Source of the DNA: a virus
Taxonomy: Duplodnaviria > Caudoviricetes
Length of the DNA stretch: 64,000 nt
Virus record (IMG/VR): IMGVR_UViG_3300005611_000006
Strand: one strand, 5' to 3'
Below are positions 1-10,300 of the stretch, piece after piece. Both the position numbers and the translations under genes were made by a program. Every line of letters starts with the position of its first letter. Position 1 is the stretch's first letter. The notes beneath the pieces were generated by a model. It was not told where the DNA came from and made no database searches. It worked only from the letters and a program-made list of their open reading frames with translations.

Positions 1-1
1 T

Positions 2-169
2 GGTGCAAATGTTGGAATTGGTGCAAGAAATAAAATGGTAATTCGTTCTACTGGAGGAATTTATCAGTCAGATACAACAATAATTTCAACAAGTGCATCA
101 TTAATTCCAACAAGTCTAAACGATTTGTTTAATAAATTAGTAGAAAATTTACTTTTTGATATAGTATAA
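2..169 (+). CDS. Partial CDS (3' end), probable virion/baseplate-region protein
   Basis: Frame 2 is open from the window start to TAA at 167-169, 2 nt before the next ATG. Confidence 0.5.
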   Translation, partial: GANVGIGARNKMVIRSTGGIYQSDTTIISTSASLIPTSLNDLFNKLVENLLFDIV

Positions 170-171
170 AA

Positions 172-870
172 ATGTCTTACATCGATCATTTAGAGTCTGG
201 GAGCGTTCAGATTGGAGATGCTCCATTACCACCAGTATCATCTATTGATATATGGCCATCTTTAGATCCAACAAAACCTTTTTCTGCTCAAAACTGGGGA
301 ATTTCAAATTTTGTTGGTGCTCACCATCAGATTGGAGTTCATCACGGAGTTGGATCACATCTTTTAAATGGACTTACATCTTTAATTGGATTCAAAACTG
401 GAGTTGGTGGTCAAGTTAATGCAGAACCAAAACAGATTAGTGCTGCACCTACTATAAGTTTTTCTTCTCCAAATGGTAGTTTAAACGGATTTTGGACATA
501 TAATGGTTCTAACATATGTGCCCCTTGTCCATCAGACAAAAGTGCGAAAGTTAATATTAAACCACTTGAAAGTTCATTAGAAAAAGTTTTAAGATTACAA
601 GGTGTTTCTTTTGGTTGGAACTCTGAAGTAGTACCACAGAGAGCAAAATCTCAGGAAATCTCTATTGGTTTAATTGCACAAGAAGTTGAAAAGGTAATTC
701 CAGAAGTTGTAGTTGAAGAATTAATAGAAGATAATAAATTAAAGACAATAGAATATGGAAACCTTATTGGTCTTTTAGTAGAGGCAATAAAGGAACAGCA
801 AGATCAGATCTCAACACTAAAGGAGACAGTTGAGGAACTGTCCACTAAACTTGCAAAGCACCTCTCTTGA
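172..870 (+). CDS. Small tail-fibre/spike protein with C-terminal intramolecular chaperone (peptidase S74-like)
   Basis: SDKSAKVNIKPL..LEKVLRLQGVSFGW..IGLIAQEVEKVIPEVV..YGNLIGLLVEAIKE followed by a coiled coil. Confidence 0.8.
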   Translation: MSYIDHLESGSVQIGDAPLPPVSSIDIWPSLDPTKPFSAQNWGISNFVGAHHQIGVHHGVGSHLLNGLTSLIGFKTGVGGQVNAEPKQISAAPTISFSSPNGSLNGFWTYNGSNICAPCPSDKSAKVNIKPLESSLEKVLRLQGVSFGWNSEVVPQRAKSQEISIGLIAQEVEKVIPEVVVEELIEDNKLKTIEYGNLIGLLVEAIKEQQDQISTLKETVEELSTKLAKHLS

Positions 871-879
871 TGCTATGAT
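822..879 (+). promoter_or_regulatory. Early-type promoter with 24-bp palindrome (copy 1)
   Basis: GGAGACAGTTGAGGAACTGTCCAC 822-845; TTGCAA 851-856; TGn-TATGAT 874-879. Confidence 0.75.
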
Positions 880-908
880 GAGTAGGTGAAGAACCACTGA
901 AATAAATT

Positions 909-1079
909 ATGCAAATTGATCGTGACCAACTGAAAGATCTTCAAGAAATTCAAGAAGATGTTGCTCAACATTTTACTGATTCTTATATTGTCAGTGGAGA
1001 AACCTATTGGACTTGTCTGCAATGCCTTGCAGAAACAAAACTTGCAGAACTCCGTGGAGAACTCACATATGATGCTTGA
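909..1079 (+). CDS. Small cyanophage hypothetical protein, 56 aa (MQIDRDQLKDLQEIQEDVAQHF...)
   Basis: ATG-TGA ORF directly downstream of promoter copy 1; below the ORF-track size cutoff. Confidence 0.7.
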   Translation: MQIDRDQLKDLQEIQEDVAQHFTDSYIVSGETYWTCLQCLAETKLAELRGELTYDA

Positions 1080-1110
1080 CTTAAGATTAATCTTGTGATA
1101 TGATATCCTT

Positions 1111-1155
1111 ATCCGTGTGAAGGAAGTTACTTGGAGAATTAAAATTCTCCTTTTT
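1111..1155 (+). ncRNA. Candidate ~45-nt small RNA or terminated leader upstream of tRNA-Leu
   Basis: TTGACT(1076)-17 bp-TGnTATGAT(1099) promoter, then ATCCGTGTGAAGGAAGTTACTT, a GGAGAATT/AATTCTCC hairpin and a T-run. Confidence 0.45.
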
Positions 1156-1157
1156 AT

Positions 1158-1242
1158 GCGAGTATGGCGGAATCGGTAGACGCACCAGACTTAAAATCTG
1201 TTGAGAATTAATCTCGTGGGAGTTCAAGTCTCCCTACTCGCA
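1158..1242 (+). tRNA. trnL: tRNA-Leu(TAA)
   Basis: GCGAGTA/TACTCGC acceptor stem, anticodon loop CTTAAAA, long variable arm, GTTCAAG T-loop; CCA not encoded. Confidence 0.95.
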
Positions 1243-1244
1243 CT

Positions 1245-2003
1245 TTATAACCACTCATCATTTGCAGGATCATTAAGAAATGATAGAATAGTATCACTTT
1301 CTTGAATTGATGAATTTAATTCTGCTTTAGATTGTTCATATGAATAATTTTGAAGTTCATAATTAGATCTACTTTTCTTTAAGAAGTTAATAGTTGTAAT
1401 TAAATCATTTCTTTCATTTTGTATTGGTAAAATTTGATTTTGTAATTCTGTTATAGAATTTGCATAGCTTACACAAATAGGTCCAGTACAAGTAGCACTA
1501 TTACAAGTACCAACTGGTCCAAAGTAAGATCCTATAGAAACTTGTGAAATATAGTTTTCAGTACCTATACCAAGATTTCCTGATACAATTTCTCCTCCAG
1601 TTGGGGAAAACGGGTTATTTCCACTATAAGAATATCCTCTATAGTTTAATTGATCTCTGTTTACAGTAATTGTGGTAAATCCTGGTGGACTTCCTTCAAA
1701 AATTCCAGTTGTTCCACAACCAATTGAATTTGCGTTTTGCCCTAAAATTAAAATTCTATTTTGCAAATCTACAATTTCAGAATTTAATTCTAAAACTTTA
1801 CTATCTATTTTTTCTATTGATGAAGTATAATTTTCTATAATTTCATTTGGTCCCCATACTTTAATTTTTTCAGTTTCTCCAATTCCTGTTTGAATTGTAT
1901 ATCCTTGCTGTACAAAATTAATTTGATCTAATTGCTTTTTGTCTAAGGAATTTTTTTGAGTATAAAAATCAACTAAGTCTTGAGTTTGAGTGCTGATTGC
2001 CAT
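1245..2003 (-). CDS. Hypothetical coiled-coil virion-associated protein
   Basis: 252-aa ORF with two heptad segments; late-type AATAAATA upstream on the - strand (~2022-2029). Confidence 0.7.
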   Translation of the reverse strand: MAISTQTQDLVDFYTQKNSLDKKQLDQINFVQQGYTIQTGIGETEKIKVWGPNEIIENYTSSIEKIDSKVLELNSEIVDLQNRILILGQNANSIGCGTTGIFEGSPPGFTTITVNRDQLNYRGYSYSGNNPFSPTGGEIVSGNLGIGTENYISQVSIGSYFGPVGTCNSATCTGPICVSYANSITELQNQILPIQNERNDLITTINFLKKSRSNYELQNYSYEQSKAELNSSIQESDTILSFLNDPANDEWL

Positions 2004-2071
2004 AATTAAAATACTAATAAATTTATTTATTGATAAATAAGACAGAAGAAATATTGTAGGATAATCTAAGA

Positions 2072-5000
2072 ATGGCTTTAGCTAGATTAGAAAATTTTCT
2101 GAAAAATTTAAGTGGTACTGTTCTTTATGTAGATCCGGGACAGTTAGATTCAACTGATTCTATTGATAACAGAGGAAACTCTGCTTTAAGACCTTTTAAA
2201 ACTATTCAAAGAGCATTACTTGAAGCTGTTAGATTTTCCTATGTTTCTGGTGTAAATAACGATATATTTAACCAAACTACAATTTTGCTTTCTCCTGGAA
2301 ATCATTTTATTGATAACCGTCCAGGACATTATGTAGACGGATCAACAATTAAAACTTTTTCTGGATCTGTATCTTCAATTCCAGAACTTTCATTAGAAAC
2401 TAATTTTGATATTGATGATCCTCAAAATGTTTTATACACTTATAATAGTATAGAAGGTGGTGTTATAGTTCCTAGGGGAGTTTCAATTGTAGCAGAAGAT
2501 ATAAGAAAAACAAAAATTCGTCCTAAGTATGTTCCTAATCCAAATGATGATTTAATTGATAGGTCTGCAATTTTCAGACTTACTGGTGCTTGCTATATTT
2601 TTGGATTTAGTATTTTAGATGGAGATCCAAATGGAACAGTTTTTTCAAGTCCATCTTCATTAGCAAAAGTTGTACCAGCATATTCTCACCATAAATTAAC
2701 AGCTTTTGAATATGCTGATGGTAAAAATAAGCAGACTAAAGGTGGAGTAAATCTTGATAAAACTGATCTTGATATTTACTATTATAAAGTAAGTTTAGGG
2801 TATGGAAATGCTGCTGGATCTCCAATCATTGTTGATGGTTATGATAATCTTCAACCAAACCCAGAAGAAAATAAAATTGTAGGTGATTTAGGTCAAGGTT
2901 CTATTCAAATTTCTGATATTATTGCTGGAGATGGTGGATCTAATGGAACTAATGTAATTACAGTAACGACATCTGTTGATCATGGATTATCACCATTTGC
3001 TTCAATTTTAATATCTAATGTTGGAAGTGATGACCAACAAAGGGCAGAATATAATGGACCATTCACTGTTGCTCAAGTTATTAGTGATACCGAATTTACT
3101 TATCGAGTACCTTCCACACCTTTATCTTCTCTGAATCCAGATGTAGTTATTGGTGATGATGGAAGTTCTGTTAGTATAGTATCGGATACTGTATCATCAG
3201 CCTCTCCATATGTATTCAATTGCAGCTTGAGATCTGTTTTTGGAATGTGTGGACTTCATGCAGATGGATCTAAAGCTACAGGATTTAAGAGCATTGTAAC
3301 GGCTCAATTTACTGGAATTTCTTTGCAGAAAGATGATCGTGCTTTTGTTTTGTATGATGAGGATACTGGAACATATCAATATCAAGATGCATATGGAACT
3401 AGTAAATTTCTACATCAAGATTCCAGATCAACATATCGTCCAGAATGGGAAAATTTTCACGTAAAATCTTCAAATAATGCATTTATTCAATGTGTAAGTA
3501 TTTTCGCAATTGGATATGCAAAGCAATTTGTTTCTGAAAGTGGTGGAGATCAATCTATCACAAATTCTAATTCAAATTTTGGAGCAATTTCGTTATTTTC
3601 AAACGGATTTAGAGATTATTCTTTATCTAAAGATAACTGTGGATATATTACTCACATTATTCCACCAAAAGAAATTTCTTCAATAGAAGATCAAATAAGG
3701 TGTATTACAATCGACTCGTCTTTGACTAGTTCAGAAGCATCTTCAAATGGTAATACTAGAGTATACTTAAAAGATTATACTAGTTTACTAGATCCCCCAG
3801 ATAGTAAATTTAGAGGTTTTACTATCGGTGCTAAAGATTCTGATAAAATCTTTTATAATTCATCTGGAACTGAATATTCAGCTACAATTTCACCAAATTA
3901 TAAATTAGAATTTAATATTACTGATATTGATCCATTAACTGGTTATATTACCTTATTAGAACCTTTTGATATTGGAACTGAGACTGGTATTAGTACAAGT
4001 CAAAAAGTTAGGATAGTATCAAAAAATGGAATTATTCCGGATGGATTAGAATCAAATAAGGTTTATTTTATCAACAGTGATATAATACCATCTAATGTGA
4101 AGATTTCATCTAATCTATTAAACTCAAGTGGTGGACCTATCGTAGATATAAAAAATCAAAACGGTGCCAGTACTGGAAATTTAAAATTAGTAAGTAAAGT
4201 AAACGATAGATCTCCAAATGATGTTTCTTCTCCAATTAAGTGGGATGAAAGTAATAATCAATGGTATATTCAAATAGAATCTAATAGTCAATTTATATCT
4301 TCATTATCTCAAGATTTTATATTCTATTTAAAGAGAAATATTGATACTCGTTCAGAAGATGATAAGTCTTATCGAGCAAGAATAGTAATCCCTAAAGAAT
4401 TTGAAAACGCTTCTGAACCAACAACAGGATTTATTATTCAAAATACTTCTTCAGATCTTTTTGAAGAATATTCTACAGAAGCAACTCTTACATCATTAAG
4501 TCAATTTAGAAATAAGAATATAATTATAGATGCTTGGGAATCTTCAGGAACTGCACACGTAATTACAAAAAATCCACATAGATTAAGTTCTAATAATTTA
4601 GTTGAAATTTATAATCTTAAGAGTGATAATGAACCAAATCCAGTCGGACTTGGTTCAGGAACTGGATTTAATGGATCATTTAGAGTTTCTTCTGTAGAGA
4701 GTGAAACAGAATTTACATATTCTTTACCAAGCGGTGTAAATCCTGGAGGAATTAGTACTTATAGTTCTTCTTCTCAAACTTGGTTGGATGAAGGAAATTG
4801 TGATTCATCAACTTATAGAGTTCCACCATATACAATTGATTCTAATTCAAGAAATAATCTTCCATACTTTGTATGTAAAGAAGTATCCTCAGCATATCAA
4901 TGTTATAAAATTGATACTATTCAAGAATTTTCTCCAGGATCTTCAGATGGTGTATACTATGCAACTTTAAATGCTTTTAAAAATACTCCATCTGAATCTC

Positions 5001-7369
5001 CATTTAATATACAAAGTATAAAGTTTTCTCAAAGTATTGAGAATTTATATCCTAAAATTGATGTTGATAATCTCATAGCAGATCCATTAGAATCTAGAAC
5101 AATTGCTTCTAACAAAACTATAGGAAAAGTTGAAATTAATGATGTTGAGAACAGTAGTACTAAAGAATCTACAATTGAATTTCTGAGGGATTATGGATTA
5201 GCAAATCAAATTACTCAGATAAGTGTAACAGGATCAACTTGTACAGTAACTACAAATATTAATCACGGATTGAGGGGAATTCAGCAACTTGCAGTTCAAT
5301 CTGCAGGGTCTGGATTTGTAAATGGAACTTGGTATGATATACCAGTTTGTCCCTATGATGGGTCTACTCAAGGTAGAGGTGCCAAAGTTAACGTAACTGT
5401 AAGTGGTGGAGTAGTAGCTTCCGCAAGTGTATCATATCCTGGAAGTGGATATGACCCTGGAAGTCTTGTTAGAATAAAGGGAATTCCACATACAGCAACA
5501 GATGGAGCAGAAGCTGCATTGGAAGTTGCTTCTGTGTTAAATAATACTCTTGATGGTATTCAAATATTTAATTCATTAAATCCTGAAAATAATGGATTTT
5601 TTGAGATTACAAGTGTAACTCCAAATACTATTGTATATGAAAATTCATCTGCAGTAGAAGAAACTATTTCAACTGCAATTTTTATTCCATCAGGAGTAAG
5701 AAATGCTGTTTCCAATTTTTCTTCTGGGACAAGGGTAGTTACAACGAGTTCTCCAAATTCGCTTTCTGTAGGAAATAAGGTTTATTTTTCATCACTCCCT
5801 GGTCAATCATTTAATGTCGTTTCCGTATTATCATCAACTAGTTTCAAAATTGATGGGACTTCTGATCCATCAGTAGCTGACAACTTATATGAAATTTCAC
5901 TATCCACATCATTAAGAGATAGTAATTCTTCTGCTGAAAATTTAAAATCTAGACAGTATTCATTCTTCACTGGAATTTCTGCTAGAACTAGAAATAATAG
6001 TGCCGGTGAAATTAGTTCCACTGATTCTGCTGTAAGACTAGTAAGCACTATAGGATTTTTTGTAGGAGACTTCATTCAAATTGATGAAGAAATTATGTAT
6101 GTCACTTCTGTGGCAGGATCTAATTTAAATATTAGTAGAGGATTATTTAATACAAAACCAGTTTTTCATATTAGAAATTCTATAGTTAGAAAACTAAATC
6201 CAATTCCAATAGAACTGAGAAGAAACTCAATTCTTCGTGCTTCTGGACATACTTTTGAGTACACTGGATATGGTCCAGGAAATTATTCTACAGGAATGCC
6301 AACAAATCAGGATAGAGTTTTAAGTGACGATGAAGTTTTAATTTCTCAGTCTTTACCCAGTAAGGGTGGATTAGTCTTATATACTGGAATGAATAGTGAT
6401 GGAGAATTTTTTATTGGTAAAAAGAAAATTAATGCCTTAACTGGAGAAGAAGTTTTATTGTCAGTACCTTTATCTGAAGATATTACAGAAAGAACTTTTT
6501 CAAATACTTTAGATGTCACTAAACTTACAGTAAATAGGGAATTAGATGCTTCTACTGCAAAAATTACTGCAAAAACTATAGAGGTTTTAGAATCAATTAC
6601 TACTGAAGATATAACTATCAATGGAGACTTTAATATAGATTCAATTGATGTTAATGATATAAATGGAAATACTTTAACTATTGGTTCTTCTCCAGGTATA
6701 ACAACAATTTCTAATGGAACTGTTGATACTAATACAGTAGATTCTGATACAGTAAATTCTACTACAGTAAATGCTACTACAGTAAATTCTACTACAGTAG
6801 GAGTTACTACATTAAATGCTACTACAGTAGGCGTTACTACAGTAAATGCTACTACAGTAAATGCTACTACTTTTGTCGGAAAGGGAACGATTCCAATTGG
6901 TGGAATTATTATGTGGTCTGGAACTCAAGCAGAACTTGACGAAATACCCGAATGGAAACTTTGTGATGGTGATGATGGAACTCCTGATTTGAGAAATAGA
7001 TTTATTGTTGCTGCTGCTACTATTAGTAAAAGCGGAACTACTTCTCAAACAGGTTCTGATCCTTATGATCCAGGTGATACTGGTGGTAATGCTAATGCGA
7101 TTGTTCCTCCCCATTATCATTTCATTGCCGCTAATACTGGAGCAACTTCTGGTGAAGATGGAAAGGATCCACTAACAGACACGCAATTTGTTTCTGATGT
7201 GGGATTTGGTGGAGAATCAGAACTTGATGAATATCGTGATTATGTATTAGAAACTTCGAATGATGAAGCGAATGTTGGAAGATCAAGTGGACCATTTCCA
7301 TCTGATGATGGTGCAAATGCAAACTTACCACCATATTATGCACTTGCATTTATTATGAGAATATCATAA
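2072..7369 (+). CDS. Large tail-fibre/structural protein with C-terminal tail-collar-like domain
   Basis: N-terminal MALARLENFLKN..RPFKTIQRALLEA typical of cyanophage fibres; C-terminal PIGGIIMWSG..WKLCDG..GTPDLRNRFIV..LPPYYALAFIMR; GATAAATA late promoter ~2032. Confidence 0.8.
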   Translation: MALARLENFLKNLSGTVLYVDPGQLDSTDSIDNRGNSALRPFKTIQRALLEAVRFSYVSGVNNDIFNQTTILLSPGNHFIDNRPGHYVDGSTIKTFSGSVSSIPELSLETNFDIDDPQNVLYTYNSIEGGVIVPRGVSIVAEDIRKTKIRPKYVPNPNDDLIDRSAIFRLTGACYIFGFSILDGDPNGTVFSSPSSLAKVVPAYSHHKLTAFEYADGKNKQTKGGVNLDKTDLDIYYYKVSLGYGNAAGSPIIVDGYDNLQPNPEENKIVGDLGQGSIQISDIIAGDGGSNGTNVITVTTSVDHGLSPFASILISNVGSDDQQRAEYNGPFTVAQVISDTEFTYRVPSTPLSSLNPDVVIGDDGSSVSIVSDTVSSASPYVFNCSLRSVFGMCGLHADGSKATGFKSIVTAQFTGISLQKDDRAFVLYDEDTGTYQYQDAYGTSKFLHQDSRSTYRPEWENFHVKSSNNAFIQCVSIFAIGYAKQFVSESGGDQSITNSNSNFGAISLFSNGFRDYSLSKDNCGYITHIIPPKEISSIEDQIRCITIDSSLTSSEASSNGNTRVYLKDYTSLLDPPDSKFRGFTIGAKDSDKIFYNSSGTEYSATISPNYKLEFNITDIDPLTGYITLLEPFDIGTETGISTSQKVRIVSKNGIIPDGLESNKVYFINSDIIPSNVKISSNLLNSSGGPIVDIKNQNGASTGNLKLVSKVNDRSPNDVSSPIKWDESNNQWYIQIESNSQFISSLSQDFIFYLKRNIDTRSEDDKSYRARIVIPKEFENASEPTTGFIIQNTSSDLFEEYSTEATLTSLSQFRNKNIIIDAWESSGTAHVITKNPHRLSSNNLVEIYNLKSDNEPNPVGLGSGTGFNGSFRVSSVESETEFTYSLPSGVNPGGISTYSSSSQTWLDEGNCDSSTYRVPPYTIDSNSRNNLPYFVCKEVSSAYQCYKIDTIQEFSPGSSDGVYYATLNAFKNTPSESPFNIQSIKFSQSIENLYPKIDVDNLIADPLESRTIASNKTIGKVEINDVENSSTKESTIEFLRDYGLANQITQISVTGSTCTVTTNINHGLRGIQQLAVQSAGSGFVNGTWYDIPVCPYDGSTQGRGAKVNVTVSGGVVASASVSYPGSGYDPGSLVRIKGIPHTATDGAEAALEVASVLNNTLDGIQIFNSLNPENNGFFEITSVTPNTIVYENSSAVEETISTAIFIPSGVRNAVSNFSSGTRVVTTSSPNSLSVGNKVYFSSLPGQSFNVVSVLSSTSFKIDGTSDPSVADNLYEISLSTSLRDSNSSAENLKSRQYSFFTGISARTRNNSAGEISSTDSAVRLVSTIGFFVGDFIQIDEEIMYVTSVAGSNLNISRGLFNTKPVFHIRNSIVRKLNPIPIELRRNSILRASGHTFEYTGYGPGNYSTGMPTNQDRVLSDDEVLISQSLPSKGGLVLYTGMNSDGEFFIGKKKINALTGEEVLLSVPLSEDITERTFSNTLDVTKLTVNRELDASTAKITAKTIEVLESITTEDITINGDFNIDSIDVNDINGNTLTIGSSPGITTISNGTVDTNTVDSDTVNSTTVNATTVNSTTVGVTTLNATTVGVTTVNATTVNATTFVGKGTIPIGGIIMWSGTQAELDEIPEWKLCDGDDGTPDLRNRFIVAAATISKSGTTSQTGSDPYDPGDTGGNANAIVPPHYHFIAANTGATSGEDGKDPLTDTQFVSDVGFGGESELDEYRDYVLETSNDEANVGRSSGPFPSDDGANANLPPYYALAFIMRIS
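6750..6870 (+). repeat. 15-bp coding tandem repeat (NSTTV/NATTV/GVTTV pentapeptides)
   Basis: About 8 consecutive GTAAATKCTACTACA-like units. Confidence 0.85.
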
Positions 7370-7398
7370 ATACCTCTATAGTGGAGCAGTAGAATTAA

Positions 7399-10300
7399 AT
7401 GTCAATACTAGACAATTTTTTCAAAGTTAAAGTTGGTTTAGGTGTTGGAACAGATACACTATATGCAAATGCTGTAGAAAAAAATATTGCTATAGGTGGA
7501 ACTTCAGCAGACTATAAACTAGATGTTTATGGAACTGTATATAGTGATAGAGATGTATTGGTCAGTCGTGATGTTGGAATTGGGACAACAGCACCTATTC
7601 ATGAATTAGACGTAAGAGGTGTTGGAATAATTTCTAGTAGGATTGGAATTGGAACCACTAATCCTGAACAAGTTTTACAAATAGGAACTGGAAGTTCTAT
7701 AATTGTAGCTACAGGTTTTGGAAGTTTTGGAATAGGAGTTTTAAATCCTGTACAAAATTTTCAAGTTGGATCTGGATCATCAGTAGTAGTTGTTACTGGG
7801 GTTGGTTCAATTGGTATTCGTACTGAAACGCCAACTTATGATTTTCAATTAATTTCTAGCCAAAGTTCAAGTGATTTTGTAATTACTGGACTTGGATCAG
7901 TTGGTATTAATACATTTTTTCCAAATTTTAATTTAGATATTGCAGGGGACTTAAGAGTTACTGGATTCGCTACAATCAATAATGAATTTGTAGGTGTTTC
8001 AACAATTGGATTTGCTTCAATTACTAATGAACTTGTAGGTGTTTCCACAATTGGATTCGCTACGATTACTAATGAATTTGTAGGTGTTTCCACAATTGGA
8101 TTTGCTTCAATTACTAATGAATTTGTAGGTGTTTCCACAATTGGATTTGCAACTATTACTGATGCTTATATAGGAGTTGCTACTGTAGGATTTGCAACTA
8201 TTACTAATGAATTTGTAGGTGTCTCTACTATTGGATTCGCTACTATTACTGATGCATTCATTGGAGTTGCTACTGTAGGATTCGCTACGATTACTAATGA
8301 ATTTGTAGGTGTTTCAACAATTGGATTTGCAACTATTACTGATGCTTATATAGGAGTTGCTACTGTAGGATTTGCAACTATTACTGATGCTTATATAGGA
8401 GTTGCTACTGTAGGAATTGCTACTATAGAAAGAGAAAAAGTAGTTGTTTCTGAAATTGAAAATCTTCTTGTTACTGGAATTACAACTACAGCAAAGTTAG
8501 ATGTTGGTATTGGTGCTACCTTAGCTAAATTTGAAAGTCTTGGAATTACTTCAGTTTATTCTTTAGATAATACGTTAATAAAAAATATTGAGCCAATTGT
8601 TGGTATTGGAACAACAATACCAACTAGAACCTTAGATATTGCAGGAGACTTAAGAGTTCGTGGTGAAATACTTGACGCAAATAATCAAGTTGGATTTGCT
8701 TATTCCGTTCTTTCTTCAAGTGGAGCTCCAGGAATTACTGATAGATTTGTTGATGGTGCAAATTTATTAATAAGAAATAAGAATTTTATTACTGAAGAAA
8801 TTGTAGGATTTATTACAGCAACTGATGGACCATTTGGAATTTATGGACCAAACTTTGATTATGGTCCAGTCGGAGTAGAAACTGGACGAGCAAAATGTAA
8901 AAGAGATCTTGGTATTATTATTGATGCAATTGCTTTTGATATTACTAGAGGAGGAAACTCTCAATCTGTTGGAGCAGGAATATCATATACTTTAGGAAAT
9001 TACTTAGAATCAAGTAATCCCGCACCAACTGGATTAGATGGATATGCTGGAGGATATGTAAAGTTTGCAACACTTGCTGGAATTAGTTCTATATCACATA
9101 TAGCACAATATGTTATTAATAACTCTCCACTTCCTAGATCACATCAATCTGGAGTTGGAAGTATTACACAATTAGTTGATACTGAAATTCTTCCAGATGG
9201 TGATAGTAATACAAATTATCAAGGTTGTGCAAATGTTGCATCAGCAATTCATACCACAGTAGGAATTGTAACGACTATTATAGAAAATAACGGAATTAAT
9301 GGTACTGGAATTAGTACAAACTATCCTTCAGGAGAATTAGAGTGGAAACCACCAGGACCTTTAATTGGAAATGAGTGGTTTGTTAATAAATTTGGTAGTG
9401 ATTCAAACAATGGGGATAGTCCAGGAAATGCTTTCTTAACTATCAAAAAAGCAGCATCAGTTGCAGAACCTGGTGATACAATTAGAATCTATGCTGGTCT
9501 ATACATTGAAGATGGTCCAATCTCTCTATCCGAAAGAGTTGCTGTTGTTGGAGAAGATCTTAGAAGAACTCTTGTTACAACTAAAGATAAAACAGATTTG
9601 TATTATGTTAAGAGAGGATGCTATGTAGCGCAGCAATCCTTTGTAGGTGAAAGTAATCCAGGCAAAGCGATGGTTTCATTCCCAACACAGGGATTTGGAT
9701 TTGCTGATGGAACAGAACAAAATTGGCAATCACCATATATTCAAAATTGCACTAATTTTGTTCCAGATAGTATTGGAATGAGAATTGATGGTTCCCGTGC
9801 TGGTGGATTTAAGTCAATGGTTCTTGATGCGTATACACAATATAATCAAGGTGGAATTGGTGTTTCAATTACTAACTTTGGATATGCTCAATTAGTTTCT
9901 CTATTTACTATTTGTTGTGATACTGCGGTTTTTTGTGATAGTGGTGGGGTTTGTGATTTAAACAATAGTAACTCTAGTTTTGGAAATTTCGGTCTTGTTT
10001 CAAATGGGGCAACTCCATTACAATATATTGGAGAAGTAACTAATGTACCTGATGTAGATAATATTGATAGTATTACAATTAATGTTGGTGCTGGAGCATC
10101 TCAAGAATTTATTGATTCTGTAGATCTTCTTCGTTTAAACAAAGATTTTATTGCATCTGAAGTTGTAGGATTTATAACAAGTTCAGACGGTCCTTTTGGT
10201 GCTGCTGGTACTAATTTTGATTATGGTGGTTCTAAAAAAGGAAGAGAACTTTGCAGGAGAGACTCTAAAATAATTATTGAAAAAATTGCCTCAGATATCT

